Positions 11,831-26,420 of a DNA stretch of 64,000 nt are shown here, in pieces. Numbering within the stretch: the first letter of the stretch is position 1; each line of letters begins with the position of its first letter. The translations under genes and the position numbers were made by a program. The notes beneath the pieces are model-generated. The model ran no database searches and had not been told where the DNA came from. It saw nothing but the letters and a program-made list of their open reading frames with translations. Origin of the DNA: Chlorokybus atmophyticus (lineage: Eukaryota; Plantae; Mesostigma and Chlorokybus algae); contig RHPI01002823.1 in NCBI GenBank assembly GCA_009103225.1, forward strand, positions 617,229-681,228. Direction: 5' to 3'.

Positions 11831-14556
11831 ATGTCGTCGGCGGCGGCGGCGGTGGGCGGCGGTGCCCGCGATGGCGTCGCTCGCCGCGAGTCCGCCGTGC
11901 TGAAGGGCCACGAGGGCGCGGTGCTGTGCGTGGCGTTCAGCAAGGGGGCGGCGCAGTACGCTGTGTCGGGAGGAAAAGACAAGGTGGGGTGAGGTGGTTT
12001 AATTGTTGTTGTTGGGGGCGGGTGGGGATTGGGCAGAGACTGTCAGGCTCAGCATCCGGCTGCTTTCTGTGTCATGGGCTTTCTGTTGCTTTTCGCTTCT
12101 GACTATGCGTAAACCTCCGTCTATTTGTTTTTCTTTAGCTTAATCTCTTGGGTAGACCGGTGTGCATGCTCGTCCACATTGCGTGACTATTATCTCGCAT
12201 GCAGCAGCATTGCACTTGTGCTTTGTTCTTTTGTGGACTGTGCATGTGCCGTTGAGCAGCTTGAAACATACCAATCGTTGTTGTTGTTGTTGTTGTTGTG
12301 CTCAGGCAACTGATGTGTTGCTCCCACAGACGGTGAGGTTGTGGAACCCTAATCGCTCCCTGCTCATCAAGACGTACGTCGGGCACACGTCCGACGTACG
12401 CGGCGTCACATGTTCAAGGTAGGCACTTGTGTTGTTTGTTCACAGAACATGAGTATCATGCAGGCAATCAGCTAAGTTTTTGTGCAATACTACTGCCACT
12501 AGAACTTCTATTACTCTGTTACCTCTGTCATCATCACCTCAACCACAACAACAACGTCCACTACTAGTACTACTACTACTGCTACTGAACATGGTGTCTT
12601 GGTATTCATGTCTCAAGCGTGTGTGCAGTGACAACAGCCGGCTGGCGTCGTGCGGGACGGACCGAACGATCGTGTTGTGGGACGTTGCCAGCGGCCGCAT
12701 CATACGCAAGTTCCGCGGACACACGCACGAGGTTGGGTGTGCGCATGTTGATGTGCTCGCGCCTGCACGTGCGCGTGCGCGTGTGTGCCCACATGTGTGC
12801 ATGTGTGTGCGTGAGTGCACGTGTCTGGGAGTGTGCGCGTGCATGTGCGCGCGTGTCAATGTGTGTTTGTACGCATGTGCATGTGCATGGATGCCTATGG
12901 ATGCGCGTGCATGTGAGTGCGTGCGAGTGCATGCGTGGGCGCATGTGTGCCTGGTCTTTCTGGGTTGTTGGTGTTGGCGGATTGTGAAGTGACTGCAGAA
13001 ATGCATGCTGGGCTGCAGGTAAACGCGGTGAAGTTCAACGCTGAGTGCTCGGTGGTGGTGAGCGGCGCATACGACAAGACCATACGCGTGTGGGACATGA
13101 AGTCACGCAATGAACGACCCATCCAGGTGCGTCTGATAAGATTAATAGATGGTTTGGCTGCGATATCAGTCTGCTATCAACTGCTTGCATTGAATGCAGT
13201 ACAACATGATATAAACATCAACAACATAGCTCATCAGGAATAGGAGTACATTGCCATGCTTCACGTGAAGTACCACTATGAATGCTACTACTACCACTAA
13301 CAGTTGAGCACACATGACATTGATAGAGTTTGAAGTACATTCTGCTGGTATGTATGTGTGATGACTGTCACACCAGTGCGATGGGCTCATAAACTCTGCT
13401 GTGGCACACGCACACGCACGAGTGAGTGTGGCGCAGCATGCGTGCGCGCATCCGTATATGCACACAGACACACACACAGTCATGTGCACGCTGTGACCCG
13501 CACAACCTCAAGTCCAAGTTTTGCTTACCTTTTGGGTCTCAAACAAGGTTCTGGATGAGTTTCGGGACAGTGTGACATCGGTGATCGTGACGGACACTGA
13601 GCTAATTGGCGGCAGCGTCGATGGCTCCGTGCGGACCTTTGACATCCGAGCAGGCAGGCAAGAAGAGAATTATGCATCGTGTGTATTTACGATGTGACGT
13701 GTGCGCACGCATGCATACGCGCGTGCGCACACGCACATGTGCACAGTTGCAATGCGCAGGCACACGCACACTCGCGTGCGCGCACATGCAAGTGCCCAGA
13801 CGTGTGCGCGCATACGCATGTGCGTGTGCACAGATAGCTTAAAACACTCTGTGTTATTAGGACTGTCGCGGACATGACGGGGCAGCCTGTGACGTGCGTG
13901 TCGCTCTCAAATGATGCCAATTGCGTGCTCGCAAGCTGCCTCGACGACACGCTACGCCTTATTGATAGGTGCGGGGTCGGCTCAATGGCACTGATTTTGA
14001 CTTCAATGGAGTCGTCTGGCACATAATCTATCAACGGGGTCGCTGTTTGCCTCAATCCACTCAGTTGCTGCCATTTCACTGGTCAAGTAGAAGTTTAATC
14101 AATTGTTCGCTGGTATTCTTGGTGAGCTGTATGTTTGTTCGTTGTGTCATGTATTCATTGACTAGTAATAATCCCCTATAACACTCGTCCAATGAGTCAT
14201 TAGACATTGAGTCATGTGCTCATGCGCCAGTGCATGCATCTCTTCTGCTGAGTGTTCACTCCTTCATACAGTTGCTTAGTTGCTCCTTTGTGCACTTGTC
14301 TACTATTCAATCAGTTACTCAGTCACTCAATCCTTGCATGCCTGTTCCAATCAGTTCCGCGCATGTTCACTTGCTTGTACATACGTTCGTTGCTGGTCCC
14401 TTCACTAAAGCAACCATTCTTTGGCACTTATCCATGCTTCCTGTGGTTACCAGGCAGTCTGGTGAGCTCTTGACAGAATACACTGGCCACATCAACCAGG
14501 TGAGTGGCGCATTTATTGTCTGTAACAACTTGACTTACACAACGCCCACACGACAC

Positions 14557-14617
<61 letters not shown>

Positions 14618-14928
14618 CACACTCGTAAAACGGCATAATACTCTTTCTCCTCTTCCATCAGTCCTACAAGATCGACAGCTGTCTGACCAACGACGACGCA
14701 TACGTCGTGAGCGGCTCTGAAGACGGCCGCGTGTGCTATTGGGACTTGGTCGAGGCCGGTGATGCCGACAACAAACACAACAACAACAACAACAACAACA
14801 AGGAAGGTGGGAACATCACGTACTCGTTCGTGGCGCATGAGGCCACCGTCTGCGGCCTCGCGTTCCACCCAAGCGAGACGTGCCTGCTCACGTGCTCCGT
14901 CGACGGCCTTATCAAGACGTGGAAATGA
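11831..14928 (+). CDS. WDR83: WD40-repeat protein WDR83/MORG1, multi-exon
   Basis: LKGHEGAVLCVAF, GGKDKTVRLWNP...LIKTYVGH, LASCGTDRTIVLWDVASGRIIRKFRGH, VVSGAYDKTIRVWDMKSR, GSVDGSVRTFDIRAG, ASCLDDTLRLID, GSEDGRVCYWDLVE, CSVDGLIKTWK*. Confidence 0.92.
14557..14617. repeat. (TGT)n microsatellite in a WDR83 intron
   Basis: About 20 uninterrupted TGT units are visible. Confidence 0.95.
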
Positions 14929-15944
14929 GATGATGGCAGTGTGTTGAGTTGTCTACGCGGGGAGTGAAGCGAGGCTTGTGCTGGGAGTAAAGTGTGAGAA
15001 GATGTGGCATTTGTGTAAATGCTGCGTGCTGCATACGACCGCTGCATGCACGAGAAGGTAAGGCTGATCGCATGTGGTAGTCACTGTGTGCACGCCTGCT
15101 GGTTGTGCGTACAGAAGTGTCATGTTGAGTGCCGCCATTATTGCAGGGCTTGGTTGAGCAGCAGGCATGGCAAGGCCTTCCTGGAATGTTCCTGGGATCA
15201 TGGTGATGATAATGATGAAGGAAGGAGAGGCCCCGTGGCAGCATACAGCGAAGTGCTTACATTTGATTGCGAATCGCTAGTTGAGCAGCGAGGCAAAAGC
15301 GGCATAAAGATATGGCACGTGAACATGGATGACGCTACCAAATCTACCAAGTGTTGCACAACCTTCATGATTGCTCGTGAGACGCGTTAGCGTGATCTGA
15401 ACAGTTCTGCAGGTGCACTTTGTGGCGCTGCCTGATGCAATTGAGTAGCAGTGTTTCTTCCTGTGTGGTCGCCTTGTTGCAATTGCTGCACGATGAGCCC
15501 GTTTTGTCATGTACAGTGCGTGCAACTTAGGACGCTCACCACAATGTCTGCTTGCTTCTATTATGTCAGTAGATACTGGCTTTATGCCAGCCGCATGCTG
15601 CAAACAAGCTGGAGCACATACGTCACCAGCCACTCGCAATGCAGCGCACCAATGAATTGCCGTGTGCAGTAACATTGAGAATACATAACTGATGAGTTAG
15701 AAACCCTGAGCAATGCTGTCCCTGCCTGCTTGCCTTGCCAAGTGTTGTGGTGAGCGCGTCTGTGTGTTGAGGTTGTGCTCTGATTTCAATATGGTAGACG
15801 TGGAAATCACTCATACCCAATGCATACCCGCCAGGACATGTCACAAAGAACAGGCGAGCCTGCGCACTTTACATTGGTGCGCACTGATGTTCATGACACT
15901 AATACACAAAAACACACATCCACCCATCAACAACCTGTCTCCTC

Positions 15945-18900
15945 TTACTTCATCGCCTGTATGGCCTTCATCACTTTCGCCCTCTCCTCAACTCCCATCT
16001 CCCTCCTCACGGCATTCACCCCCACCAGCGCCGTCAGCTCCTTGGACGAATACGTCCTGGGGTTGCGGTCGAGCCAATCCAGCAGGTCCGACGCCGACAG
16101 GGAGAGGAGGGAGTAATAGGAACGCACGTGGCCAAACTGACGCTGGACGCTGCCGTCGAAAGAGCCAGCGATGCCAACGGTAGCTAATGCCTGGGGGATA
16201 AAGAGGAGAGAAAAGATGGTGAGAAGAGGTGGTGATAACAATCAATGGCATCCATCAGTTAAGGCGCAAGCTTCAACACGCAACATTCAGGCCAAGGTCA
16301 CAGCGTACAGTACAAACCTGCTGTAGTGCTGTGCAGTTTCTGCACAGCTGCCGAACGCCGTTCTCATTGACATTTTTCAAGCCGCCAGGCACCTGCAAGG
16401 CAAACGTATTACACAACATTTACAATATCCACAACAAGGTGCAAAGCACAACATAATCAATGCAAGGTAAAGTAAGAGGGTCTCCACCTGCATGAGCGCC
16501 ACAGCAGCTATTCGACTGACAGCCCCAAAAGCGTAACACCGTTTGAGTGTAGGCAAGTATGGCGCCACCTCCTCTTCCATTCTCGTAATCTGTTGTGGCA
16601 CTCCCAACAATCAACCTGTGTTGCACGCTTTCAAGCCATGCCACATCATGTACACACTCTACCTGTTTGATGCAAGCGGTAATGAAGTCCTCCGGATCCC
16701 GCGAGTCCTCTTCCAGCACATACGCGGACGCGTCCTGCGGCGCGACCATGCCTTGGAGGAAGAAAAGGGTTTGCAGCTGAGACTCCAGCCGCAGTGTGCG
16801 CAAGGCCTGTGGACAATACTCGTGTGATGCATGGCGTGTGGATTGTGTTTGATGTTGTAATGTACTGCAAGGCATCGGTGAGTTACCACTTCGGACAAAG
16901 CCTGGTGCTTTGCACCGATGGCGCTCAGAGCGGCAGTGAGAAGGCCGCTGCCGTGCTGCTGGTCTGATCTGGTGGTACCGTTACTGCTGCTGTTGGCGCT
17001 CGCGTCTTGCAGCTTCTTTGACATGGTGGGCATGTCTTCAACAGCAGACTGCTGCAGAAACAAGGGAGGAGGGGGGGGGGGAGGGACAGGTTGTAGTTCA
17101 GTCAACACTGTTGATTGCTGCATATATGCGCGTGTGTCCAAGCACACATGCGCACACATACACGCCCACAAACAACACGCACATACACACATGCACGCGC
17201 GCGCATCTGCACATACGCACAAGCACACACACGCAAGCATGCGCTCACACATATGCGCATATGCACACTCGCATGTATACACATGCACACGCACGCGCAC
17301 GCGCACACACCTACACAACGAGTGCTGCACGAGCTAAACTGCGCGCTCTCTCTTCCAACCCAGCCAGAACCATACATCAGGATCAACCTACCACAGACAC
17401 CGTCATCATTCATTCCTACCTGATCGCTTTTATGTCTCCCGAGCGTGCGCACAGAGTCCGCCAGGTACGCGAGCGAGTCCGCGATGGCGGCGACTCTCAC
17501 CACACGCGATATCTCCAGCATCAAGTTAATCGGCCGCAACGGCCGCGCGGCGAACAGCATGTCCTGCACACGAGCATCGGAAGCACCGGCGGCGCTGCTG
17601 TATGACACAACATGTTGGGTGAGGCCGTGTAGCGGTGTGCAACACTTGTGAGCAAACACAGTTTTAGTGAGTGATGATACCTTCCAACTGCTGCATCATG
17701 CGAGGAACCATTGGTGTCCTCTGCGGTGGACACTTGCCGAATCCAAGAATGCGCTGGCTCTGATCAACAGCACATGTACAGAACGTCTATAGATGCAGCG
17801 CCAATGCATCCTCTGAGACTGACTACAGACACGACACTTTTGCATGTTGGAAGGAAGCAAGATTAGAATCAGCTGTAATGCCTGCATAAAGATGTGCAGA
17901 GAAATATAACCCACACTGCACATGACAAGGAACAAGAATCACATACCGCCGATGGTAGATACGCTATCTGAGCTGGAGGTGTGCATACACAGTCAAGCAA
18001 CCACGTTACCATGACAAGTACTCACAATACCGCAGATCCCACAACCCTACAGCATACACAATATAATAACCCATTCCCAACCTGCGGCCATGGCGGTTTC
18101 CACATCGTTGCGTCCCGCGAGTTGCGCCGACGTGGCGCGGTCAGTGGCCTCCTTGTACGCGGCCTTCGCGGCGTCGTAGGCGCGCACGTGGAGGGCCTCA
18201 GCCAATGCGGCCACGTCATTTGCGAAGAGCGGGAGCGACTGGGCCCACTTCACCAGCTACGCAGAGAGAGAGAGACACAGAGGAATCAGTTCACAAACAG
18301 TGAGACAAGACAAAAGTTGTGAGGTCAATCGTCTTATCCAAGTCCAAGTAATAGCGGTCGTTGAAGCCTGTGTGCAATAATGTACCCAGTTACGCGCGCG
18401 AGTCACTCTTTGCTCAGTCGTACTGCAGATGTGTTCATACATAAGCGCATGACCTTTTGATGGCTGATCCATGGCCAGTGCAAATCACTCCATATGCTAA
18501 TCGTACGCATGCACGCATGTACGTAAAAGATGATTGCGGGCTTCATGTGTGCATGTGCGTGCACGTCAACATCAGCGTCATTGAGCATGCAAGCTAACAA
18601 TGTGCGCGCACTTACACAGGTGCACGCAAGGATGCACGCAAAATGATACATACAGACGTTTTCATGGCCAACTATCACTGCCTCTAACACTCGCAGTGAT
18701 GTTGAAAGCATGCACATGCACAAACGTACCTCTTGGACGAGTGTAGCAGTATGAAGTGCCGCCGGCAGCACAGGTCTGCCTTTCTTGATGGACTCATCGT
18801 ACACCGACTTCAAGCGCGCGTGAGGTTTGAACGCAGACTGAGCTGCACGGCAGCAGAGCCCCATATCAACATCTTTACATCAACGCATCAGCCAACACGA

Positions 18901-21900
18901 GCACACAACACCTTACCAGAAAGGACTTCGCCCAGGCGACTTCTGTAGTCGATGCGCAGCCGCGGCAAAAAGGCCTCGTGGACAAATTTCTCAATGAATT
19001 CTCGCAGTATTGGAAAGGGCCGCGGAGCAGAAGCAGCGCTGCTGTCTTTGGAGTTTGTGTTGTTGTTGCTGTTGTTACTTGACAGGGACAGGAATCCGTC
19101 CATCTGGTCAACAAACTGCCAGACACATGCCAGGCACACTGAGACCCAAACAAAGGGCTCTCCGTCCTTGAAAATTGTGTGTGTGTAAGTGCGCGCACGG
19201 GCACGCAGGTGTATGTCTATATGCATAAGTGCGTGTGTGGGGGTGTACGTGCGTAGGGACACCTGTGCCTGCGCATGTGCACACGTGCACATGCACACAC
19301 ACATGCACACAGATTTTTCTCATGCCTGGATGACTGGGCGGTAAACTGCGGCAGTCAAGTACGGCCCTCCTTCAAACAAAAACGCATACACGCCGTCCGC
19401 AATGCCACCAGCACCTCCTCTTTGCGGCGTACCATCTCGCGGCGACATCGGTCTGCACAAGACAGTGGGGATACCTCTTTCATCAATACGCCACTCTTGT
19501 CATGACAGCACAGCTCAGACCAAGGTTGTTTGCGTTACCCTGTAGGTGATGAAGCCGAATTTTGAGTGGCAACCGAAGTGCGAGTCTGAAAATGGAACGA
19601 TAACTGCGCTTCCGACATTGAGTCCTTGAGGGGAGGCCCTGTTCACAACAAAAACAACAACAGCATGTTTTTGTGTGGTTGTTGTAATGCTCTCTGCTGT
19701 CATGTTGGCACTGACATTGCGTGCATGCGCTGAGACAACAACCTGCAAGGCTGAAGCTTGCAAAGAGCTTGCTTTGAGACTTGAGCGTGGCGGCCGGGGC
19801 CGTGGAGAGGGGCGGGGCCGTGCCCACGGACGCCTGCAGAATGGCACACAGAAGAGCCTTGCACTCCTCTTGCACACAGGCCCACACCTGTACGCACACG
19901 TGCCATGCAGACATGTGTCAATGCGTTTGTGTTGTTACCATCACATGTTGTGGTGTAGGCAACATGTGGTAGGTCCAGCATACACACCTGGCCCACGCTG
20001 TACATTGCACTGATGGCAGCTTGGCTCTCGGGACTGCCAGCTCGTGCGAGCATTTGCTGGTACACAGCCTGATTGCAAAAGCACATGTGTTGGGTTGAGC
20101 AAGGTTGAATTGAGTACAACAGTGCATATGTGGTTTTTTGGTACCTTATGGTGGGCGAGTGTGGTTGCGCACACTGCAAATACCGCGCGAAGGACGCGCT
20201 GCACGCCCTGCGTCGATGCGCTGTTGGCAATGGCGGCAGCCGCGGCCGCTGCAGCAGTCTGGGGAGTGCCTGCGCACGCACGCGAACACTGTGCAAATAC
20301 ATCAACCTAAACATGGGTAGAGATGTCATGAACTGAACAGAAAATGCATGTGAGCAAGATTCACAGAGGACAAGCCATATGATGAAAAACATGGATATCA
20401 GGCTCAACGCATATTTGCAACTGCAAACCCGCACCCAAGCATCTATGCATGCACACCTGCATGCACGCGACTAATACCCTTTCAACCCAGCACCACGCAT
20501 GCTATGACTATGTTCTCAGACCTGAGACACATCACCAACCCACCCAATCCCCTTCGATGCGCAGCACCTATTTTGGAGGCCATCATCTTGCTAGGCGGTG
20601 TGGACCCCGGCGTCCCGCCGTTCTCCTGCGTCAGTGCTGCCGCGGCGGCGCCCTTGACGAGGGCGCGCACCTCCTCGCGCGCGCGCTGGCCACCGAGCAC
20701 GGCCGCCGCGTCCTGCAACCTCCCCAGACGCGCCAGGCACTCAATCAACGCACGGGCGTAGCGGGCGCCGTCGGACTCGGTACTCCGTTTCTGCTCAATC
20801 TATGCAAACCAACAACCGTGCATGGATCATCTACTAGACAGACCAACGAGTGCGCGTGTGTATGCAACCATGCGCGTGCGTGCGTGCGGCATCATGATGT
20901 TAACACTGCTGCGCACCACAAAGTCGTCAAGTTCGGCGCCAGCGAGCCAGGGAGGAACGATGGTGTTGGCGTTATTGTTGTCATTGCGCTTGTCTGCTTC
21001 AGTGCTGCTCGTGTTCAGGTCGGCGCCGTTTGGAAAGTCAGCCAGGCTGCTTGTTCTTCGCTTTGCTGGCGTTGGCCTGACAGAACAAGCAAATAGTACA
21101 AAGGCCATAAACGTATTATCGCACTGATATACGAGACTGCCCTTACACAAACTAATGATAAGCATGTGCATGTGAGCATCAGGCATGAGAGTCCCACCTT
21201 CCTGCAGCATCCTGTGTGCGTGTTGTTTTCGTGAAGTCCCCTTCCAACGCCATTGTATTACTGCACAACACAACAAGCCCCTAAAAGTTGGATGTGTGCT
21301 TTGCAGGATGTGTGCTTTGCACAAGCACAAGTGAGAGCAAAACGAATACCTGTAGGAGCTGCGTAGGTACAGGTGGTTTTGCAGCTCATCAATGATTCTG
21401 TCATGCATTGTGCTTCGCGCCACCTCAAGCTCCTCGTACAAGTCCCGTAAAGCACCAACCTTCACATTGCAAAGCAGCACTTACACACTCACACACACGG
21501 GCGCACACGCATATGACAGACTGGAGCATCAAGCAGAGGTTGCACGTGACAACTCATACTTGCTCGAGACCGTTCCGCTCAATCTGCGCGCACGCTGACA
21601 GAAGTGTAGTCACAGCAGCGTAAAACTTCTCTTCACTGATCAACTTTTCAACCTTTTCCGGCATCTGCAAACACTCGGAATTGACGTTGGTGTTGTCTTT
21701 GTATACAAACAGCATATGAGAAGAAACAAAGGCGCTACAGCAGAAGTTTGTAATACTTGTGAGACGCTGGCGATGCTGTCCAGTAGCCGCAGCATGTCTT
21801 TCAGCATGACAGACTGGTACCACTGCTGCTGCAACTGTGGATGTGTCTGCACCGCCTGCATACATAGCCACAAAACATTGGCACAACAAAGCAACATTAC

Positions 21901-23168
21901 AGGTATCGTGTCATCACACTGAAAGCATACCTGCGTCAAACGCTTTGCTTCTTGAAGACGCGTGCGCGTAGCCTTCAATCGCTCAGCATTCTCGGTAAAC
22001 AGCTTGAGAATCTGCAAACAATATGTCAACGTGCATATTGCTCAACCACATGCAATGACACCTAGTTTTTGACATTTGCGTAAGCGTGTCAACCTGATCA
22101 ACCAGTCAAGTACTATGCAAAGCAGTACCAATGAGAAGTTATGTATGGCGCGGTTAAAGCCGTTGTGACCCGTGCGAACAATGTCGTCAATAGTGTTTTC
22201 AACGGTGTCGCGCCACTGCTTCAGCTGCGAGAGCGCCTTGTCCGGAGCGGGTGAGTTCAGCAGCTCCAACACATGCGGGAGTGTGTCGAAGCTGACGCAT
22301 GTACACAACACGCAATGAGTGTTGTGACAAGCTGTCCGCAAGGGCTTGTTGCAATGCTAGAAGTGTTGAACGTGCCAGTTGCATCCGAAATTGACCAATA
22401 AGTCAAAACATAATTACAAATCAAACATAACTTAGACATAATGTGGACACTCACCGGGGTTCCTTGAAAGCGGCTGGGAGGGTGGCGAGCTGCTGAGCAA
22501 CGGCCTGTGTGGCATGATGGCTAAACATTCCATTGCATTGGTGAGTATGTTTGTGCAACTGTCACCCCTGACTGTTTGGCAAAGTAACAACAATCATGCC
22601 ATGCATACTCAACGAAGTGGCTTGTAAACACGGTGCGAAATCGATGCAGCTTGGTGCGTGTACTTCAGGTTGTCCACAAACGCATTACATAGGTCGCACC
22701 TTTTTCTTCAGAGTGAACGTGTTACGCGTCTAAACAGTATGACCAAATGCACTTAACACATGCAGTTGACATGCACATCCTTGCTTGCTTGCTTTCTTGC
22801 TTGGCGCATCTCAAGCATTTGTGTTTCACATTACTTGTTAGCTAAGACTGGTGAAACTCAACCAGATGAGGAGTGCTTAACTTTTGAACACAGTGTTATC
22901 AGCTTCAATTGCTACCAGTGGTGACTCTTGCCCAGTGCTATATGCACCAATGCAAGTAAGGCAGCGAGCATACCTCCCAGTCAGGCCCGCCTCCTCCTCC
23001 TCCTCCATGTGAGGAGTTGGATGCGGCAGCGGGGGCGTGCTTCTCCTTGTGCTTCTCCTGCTGCTTGGGATGCTTCACGGTCAGCTGCTGCTGCTTTTGC
23101 ACCTGAGCTGCTGGTAGAGGCGGCTTGCCTGTTGCAGCTGACGCCGCAGCTGGCTTGCGCGCAGCCAT
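15945..23168 (-). CDS. SEC8: Exocyst complex component SEC8/EXOC4, multi-exon
   Basis: Spliced PDWE|AVAQQLATLPAAFKEPR|FDTLPHVLELL...VENTIDDIVRTGHNGFNRAIHNFSL|ILKLF...LQQQWYQSVMLKDMLRLLD...PEKVEKLISEEKFYAAV...GALRDLYEEL...IIDELQNHLY matches the plant SEC8 N-terminus. The C-terminal VQRQFGHVRSYYSLL...YSSKELTALV matches the plant SEC8 end. Confidence 0.9.
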
Positions 23169-25837
23169 GCTGGTTGCAGCATGCGTGTGAAGCAACTAAG
23201 CAAGCTAGCAAGCTCCACCTTCAACCCTTAAGCTGAGGCGCCTTCACACATGTACGCATCCATGAAGTCATCGTCGTCGCCACCGCCGCTTCCATGATTT
23301 GCCACGTGGCCCAGTCAGGCGCAGCTCAGCTAGGTTGTCAGCATTGTGGTGGTTGGTGGTGGTGGTGGCGAGGGTGGAACGGTTGGCTTTGTGGAGGCTG
23401 AACGGTTGAATCGTCGGCAGCAGTGCATGCGCACACGCACCTCGCCGACATCTAGCGCTTGCACTGTGCAAGTTGCACACATTGCTCACTAACTGTTGCC
23501 TGGATGGGGTTGTGCGGCTAGAGCGCTTAGCTGATTGTTGTTGTGTTGCTGCTGATCCATATAATGTGACCATCATGTTGTGTTTGGCGCCCGTATACTA
23601 CGCCAAGTCATGTGTGTTATTGAATGTTTCTGGTTCTGTCCTTCGTGCTGCAGGAGATGCTTTGCCTGGCAACACGAAAGAGTCTAGCAGCACGCTTTGT
23701 CTGCTTGCTTGCTGAAGAAGGATAGGAAGCGCATTGCAAGACGATCAACTCAATCAGATAAGCAAGTGACAAGTAAGGACCCCTGTCATTGCTGCCCTCG
23801 AGCTGCCATTTTCTCTCATGCGAGTACTCACTTGGTCCTGCCAGCAGCGTAGTTGCCTTTGGATTGCACCCAATGGTAGCCAACAATATGTGACATGATC
23901 TCGATCACGGGTGCGTGCATTGCACACCCAAGTGGTAAAGTGGCATTGTGTCCTTACAAGCAACAAGCGGCTTGCGGCAGCCACGCAGCTTGCTGGGACG
24001 ACTACAACGCACTCAATTCAACGCGTTGGGTGTGTTGATGTGTGCGCGCATGTCCAACCTGACTCCTTCTGCTGTGCACATCTATTGCTTGTGTTTGTGT
24101 GTCATACTACTTCTTCATACAACATATTATTGGAGATCTCGCTAAACGCAACTTTGTGCATGTTCCTCACATGTGGTTGATTTTAATGGTTTGGCTTTGC
24201 CTGTGTCTGCTTTGCTCTTGCCGGCGGGTCGTGCCCCCCGCCAGACAGCAGTGGCAACTAAGTCACGACCTTGAAACCAAGGTCAAACCCAACGCGCGCT
24301 GCTATCCGCCATTGCGCTCTGCGCATACACCAGACGCTGCATGTGCGTGTGTGTCCTACAGATACATGCACACACAGTCACACGTGCGCACGTACACGCA
24401 TGCATGCTTGCATGCATAAACACTCAACCACTGCTCACACAATTGTGTCATGTGCGGCCGGGAACGGCTGTGCGCATGTGTACAATAAACATGCGCGTGT
24501 ACGTTGGGAGTGGGGGTTGCGTTGAGAGTGGGGGTAGGAAGCGTGCGCACGAGCACGTGCGTGCGTGTGCGTGTGCGTGTGTACAGGGGCAGGCACGCGC
24601 GCCCTCCACTCTCACTCCCACACCTTTATCTTTAGCATTAATCCCTTCAACAACTCCCTCTCCCTCCCCTGGATCGACGCCCCAAGTCGCCTGTAAAAGC
24701 CCCGAGTTAAGGGGTTAGTAGAGTTAGTAGTAGTCAGGGGGCACCCTAGCTGCAGGTGTCTCTGTAAAGCTAATCGCCGTGCCTGCGCATGCAAGAAGCC
24801 TTTGATCACATTGTGGGTTCACTTTGTGGGGCAGTGCCGAGCGAGGGTGAAGTTGTTAATGTGATGTTGCTTGTGTTATTGTTGCTGTTGTTGTTGTTGT
24901 TTGAATTGTGGTCACACAAGCCAGCCAATGTGACAACACGCAACAAGCACGTGTCTCATGTAGGCATCACAAAGCACAAGAGTTGTGTTGTCATAAACTT
25001 CTTCCCCATAGTGTGTCCACTGAGAGACTCCAACCATGGCTAGAGTCGCATGGGCAATCCCCTAATTACGAGGGCTGCTAGATGATGATGAATAATGACG
25101 CGCTCGTATGAAGCGGACATCACTACCGAGTCGACATACTGCGCGTTCAAGGTTGGCAACCAACCCGCCAAGCACCCGGATGGTAACTGGACGAAGACCT
25201 CTTCTTGTGGCAGAAACCGTTAAATATGCTCGGGCAAGTGATGTGGATCTATGCGTGCGTGTGCGTACGTGCGTGTGTGCATGCACATATATGTGTACGC
25301 GTTTTAAGCAGCAGCAGCAAGCAGAGCATAACAAGGCAACACACAAACAAGCAAGCAAGTACATGTTTGTACATGTTTGTACAATTGTCGTTGGGTGGAG
25401 GCTCCACCCTTCCACCCCCACCGTCGTAAATTTTACACGGTGACTGACCGCAGACTGAGGAACTGACGAGTGTTTGAGCCTACCTGAGCCTGCCTGCCGC
25501 TGCTTAATATGTCACTTTTGGACTGTCGGGTTTGCCGTTGGCTAATGTGGACTGACGCAGTCGGCCGCAGGCCGAAAATGGTTGTTAGTGGCATTAATCG
25601 GCCGATAGTTGTCAACAGCTTACCTATGGTCGATGTGCATCAACGGCTGTTAGCCCGTAGTTACGGACAGTTGACAGCAATAGCCGGCAGTTTTATTGCC
25701 GTTACACTGATGTGTATATGTGACCCTTATCGTTTAAAAAAAGTTGACAATTCTTGCCGGCACGCAGCAGACAGTTTAGTGCAGTGACCTTATGTTGCCT
25801 GTCGTTGGCAAGCAATGACCTCTGACATATCAATCCA

Positions 25838-26420
25838 TTATGCAAAAACGGCTACTTCGTCCTTCAGCTTAAATGTCAGCACCTCACCGTGCACGCGCAT
25901 GCGCTTGATGGTCGCTTTGAGAGTGACCTCCTGCATTTGGTAATGCTATAAAAGAGGCGTGCTACTAGAGAACTAGCCCTTTAGCATAGGCATGCTTACC
26001 TTGTCTTCCACTTGGTCGCACTCCGCCAGGCAGACAGATAGCCTGCCGCGCTGCTCTTAATTCTCTCTGACCAACATGGCAATCTGCAAGCATACGGCTT
26101 GGTTGCCGCTGGAAACAATCAAGAAGGTTATGGATTACCTGTTCGCGATACTCCGCAGCTTCTCTTTTGTAACTTGTGAGCTCCCGCAAGTAGAAATAGG
26201 CTGTGCATTACCGAAATTGGCTATTCATGTGCATGAGCAATGAGGCTGCGCAAGTGGTATTGACAGTGTATCTCATGAGCAGGATGGATGAGGCTGTGCA
26301 TGTGTAAGATAAAAGAACTCTAGCATACGGCAATGCATTGTGACCCACCTTGGTTATGCCAGTTTTATTTGATCCCTTCAATTTCGTCGCCATAGTCGCA
26401 GCTGCTGGTGGGTCAAATGT
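25838..26420 (-). pseudogene. Decayed spliced gene of unknown function, divergent from the transposase
   Basis: Exon remnants RELTSYKREAAEYREQVIHNLLDCFQ..., AECDQVEDK|gtaagc...cag|EVTLKATIKRMRVHGEVLTFKLKDEVAVFA*, with a frameshift and a stop. Confidence 0.4.

Noticed and set aside
167-24700. Many 60-250 aa His/Thr/Ala- or Cys/Val-rich ORFs in the six-frame track
   Set aside because: They are translations of CA/GT/CG-rich intron microsatellites or antisense frames of real exons; the same applies to 57700-63600.
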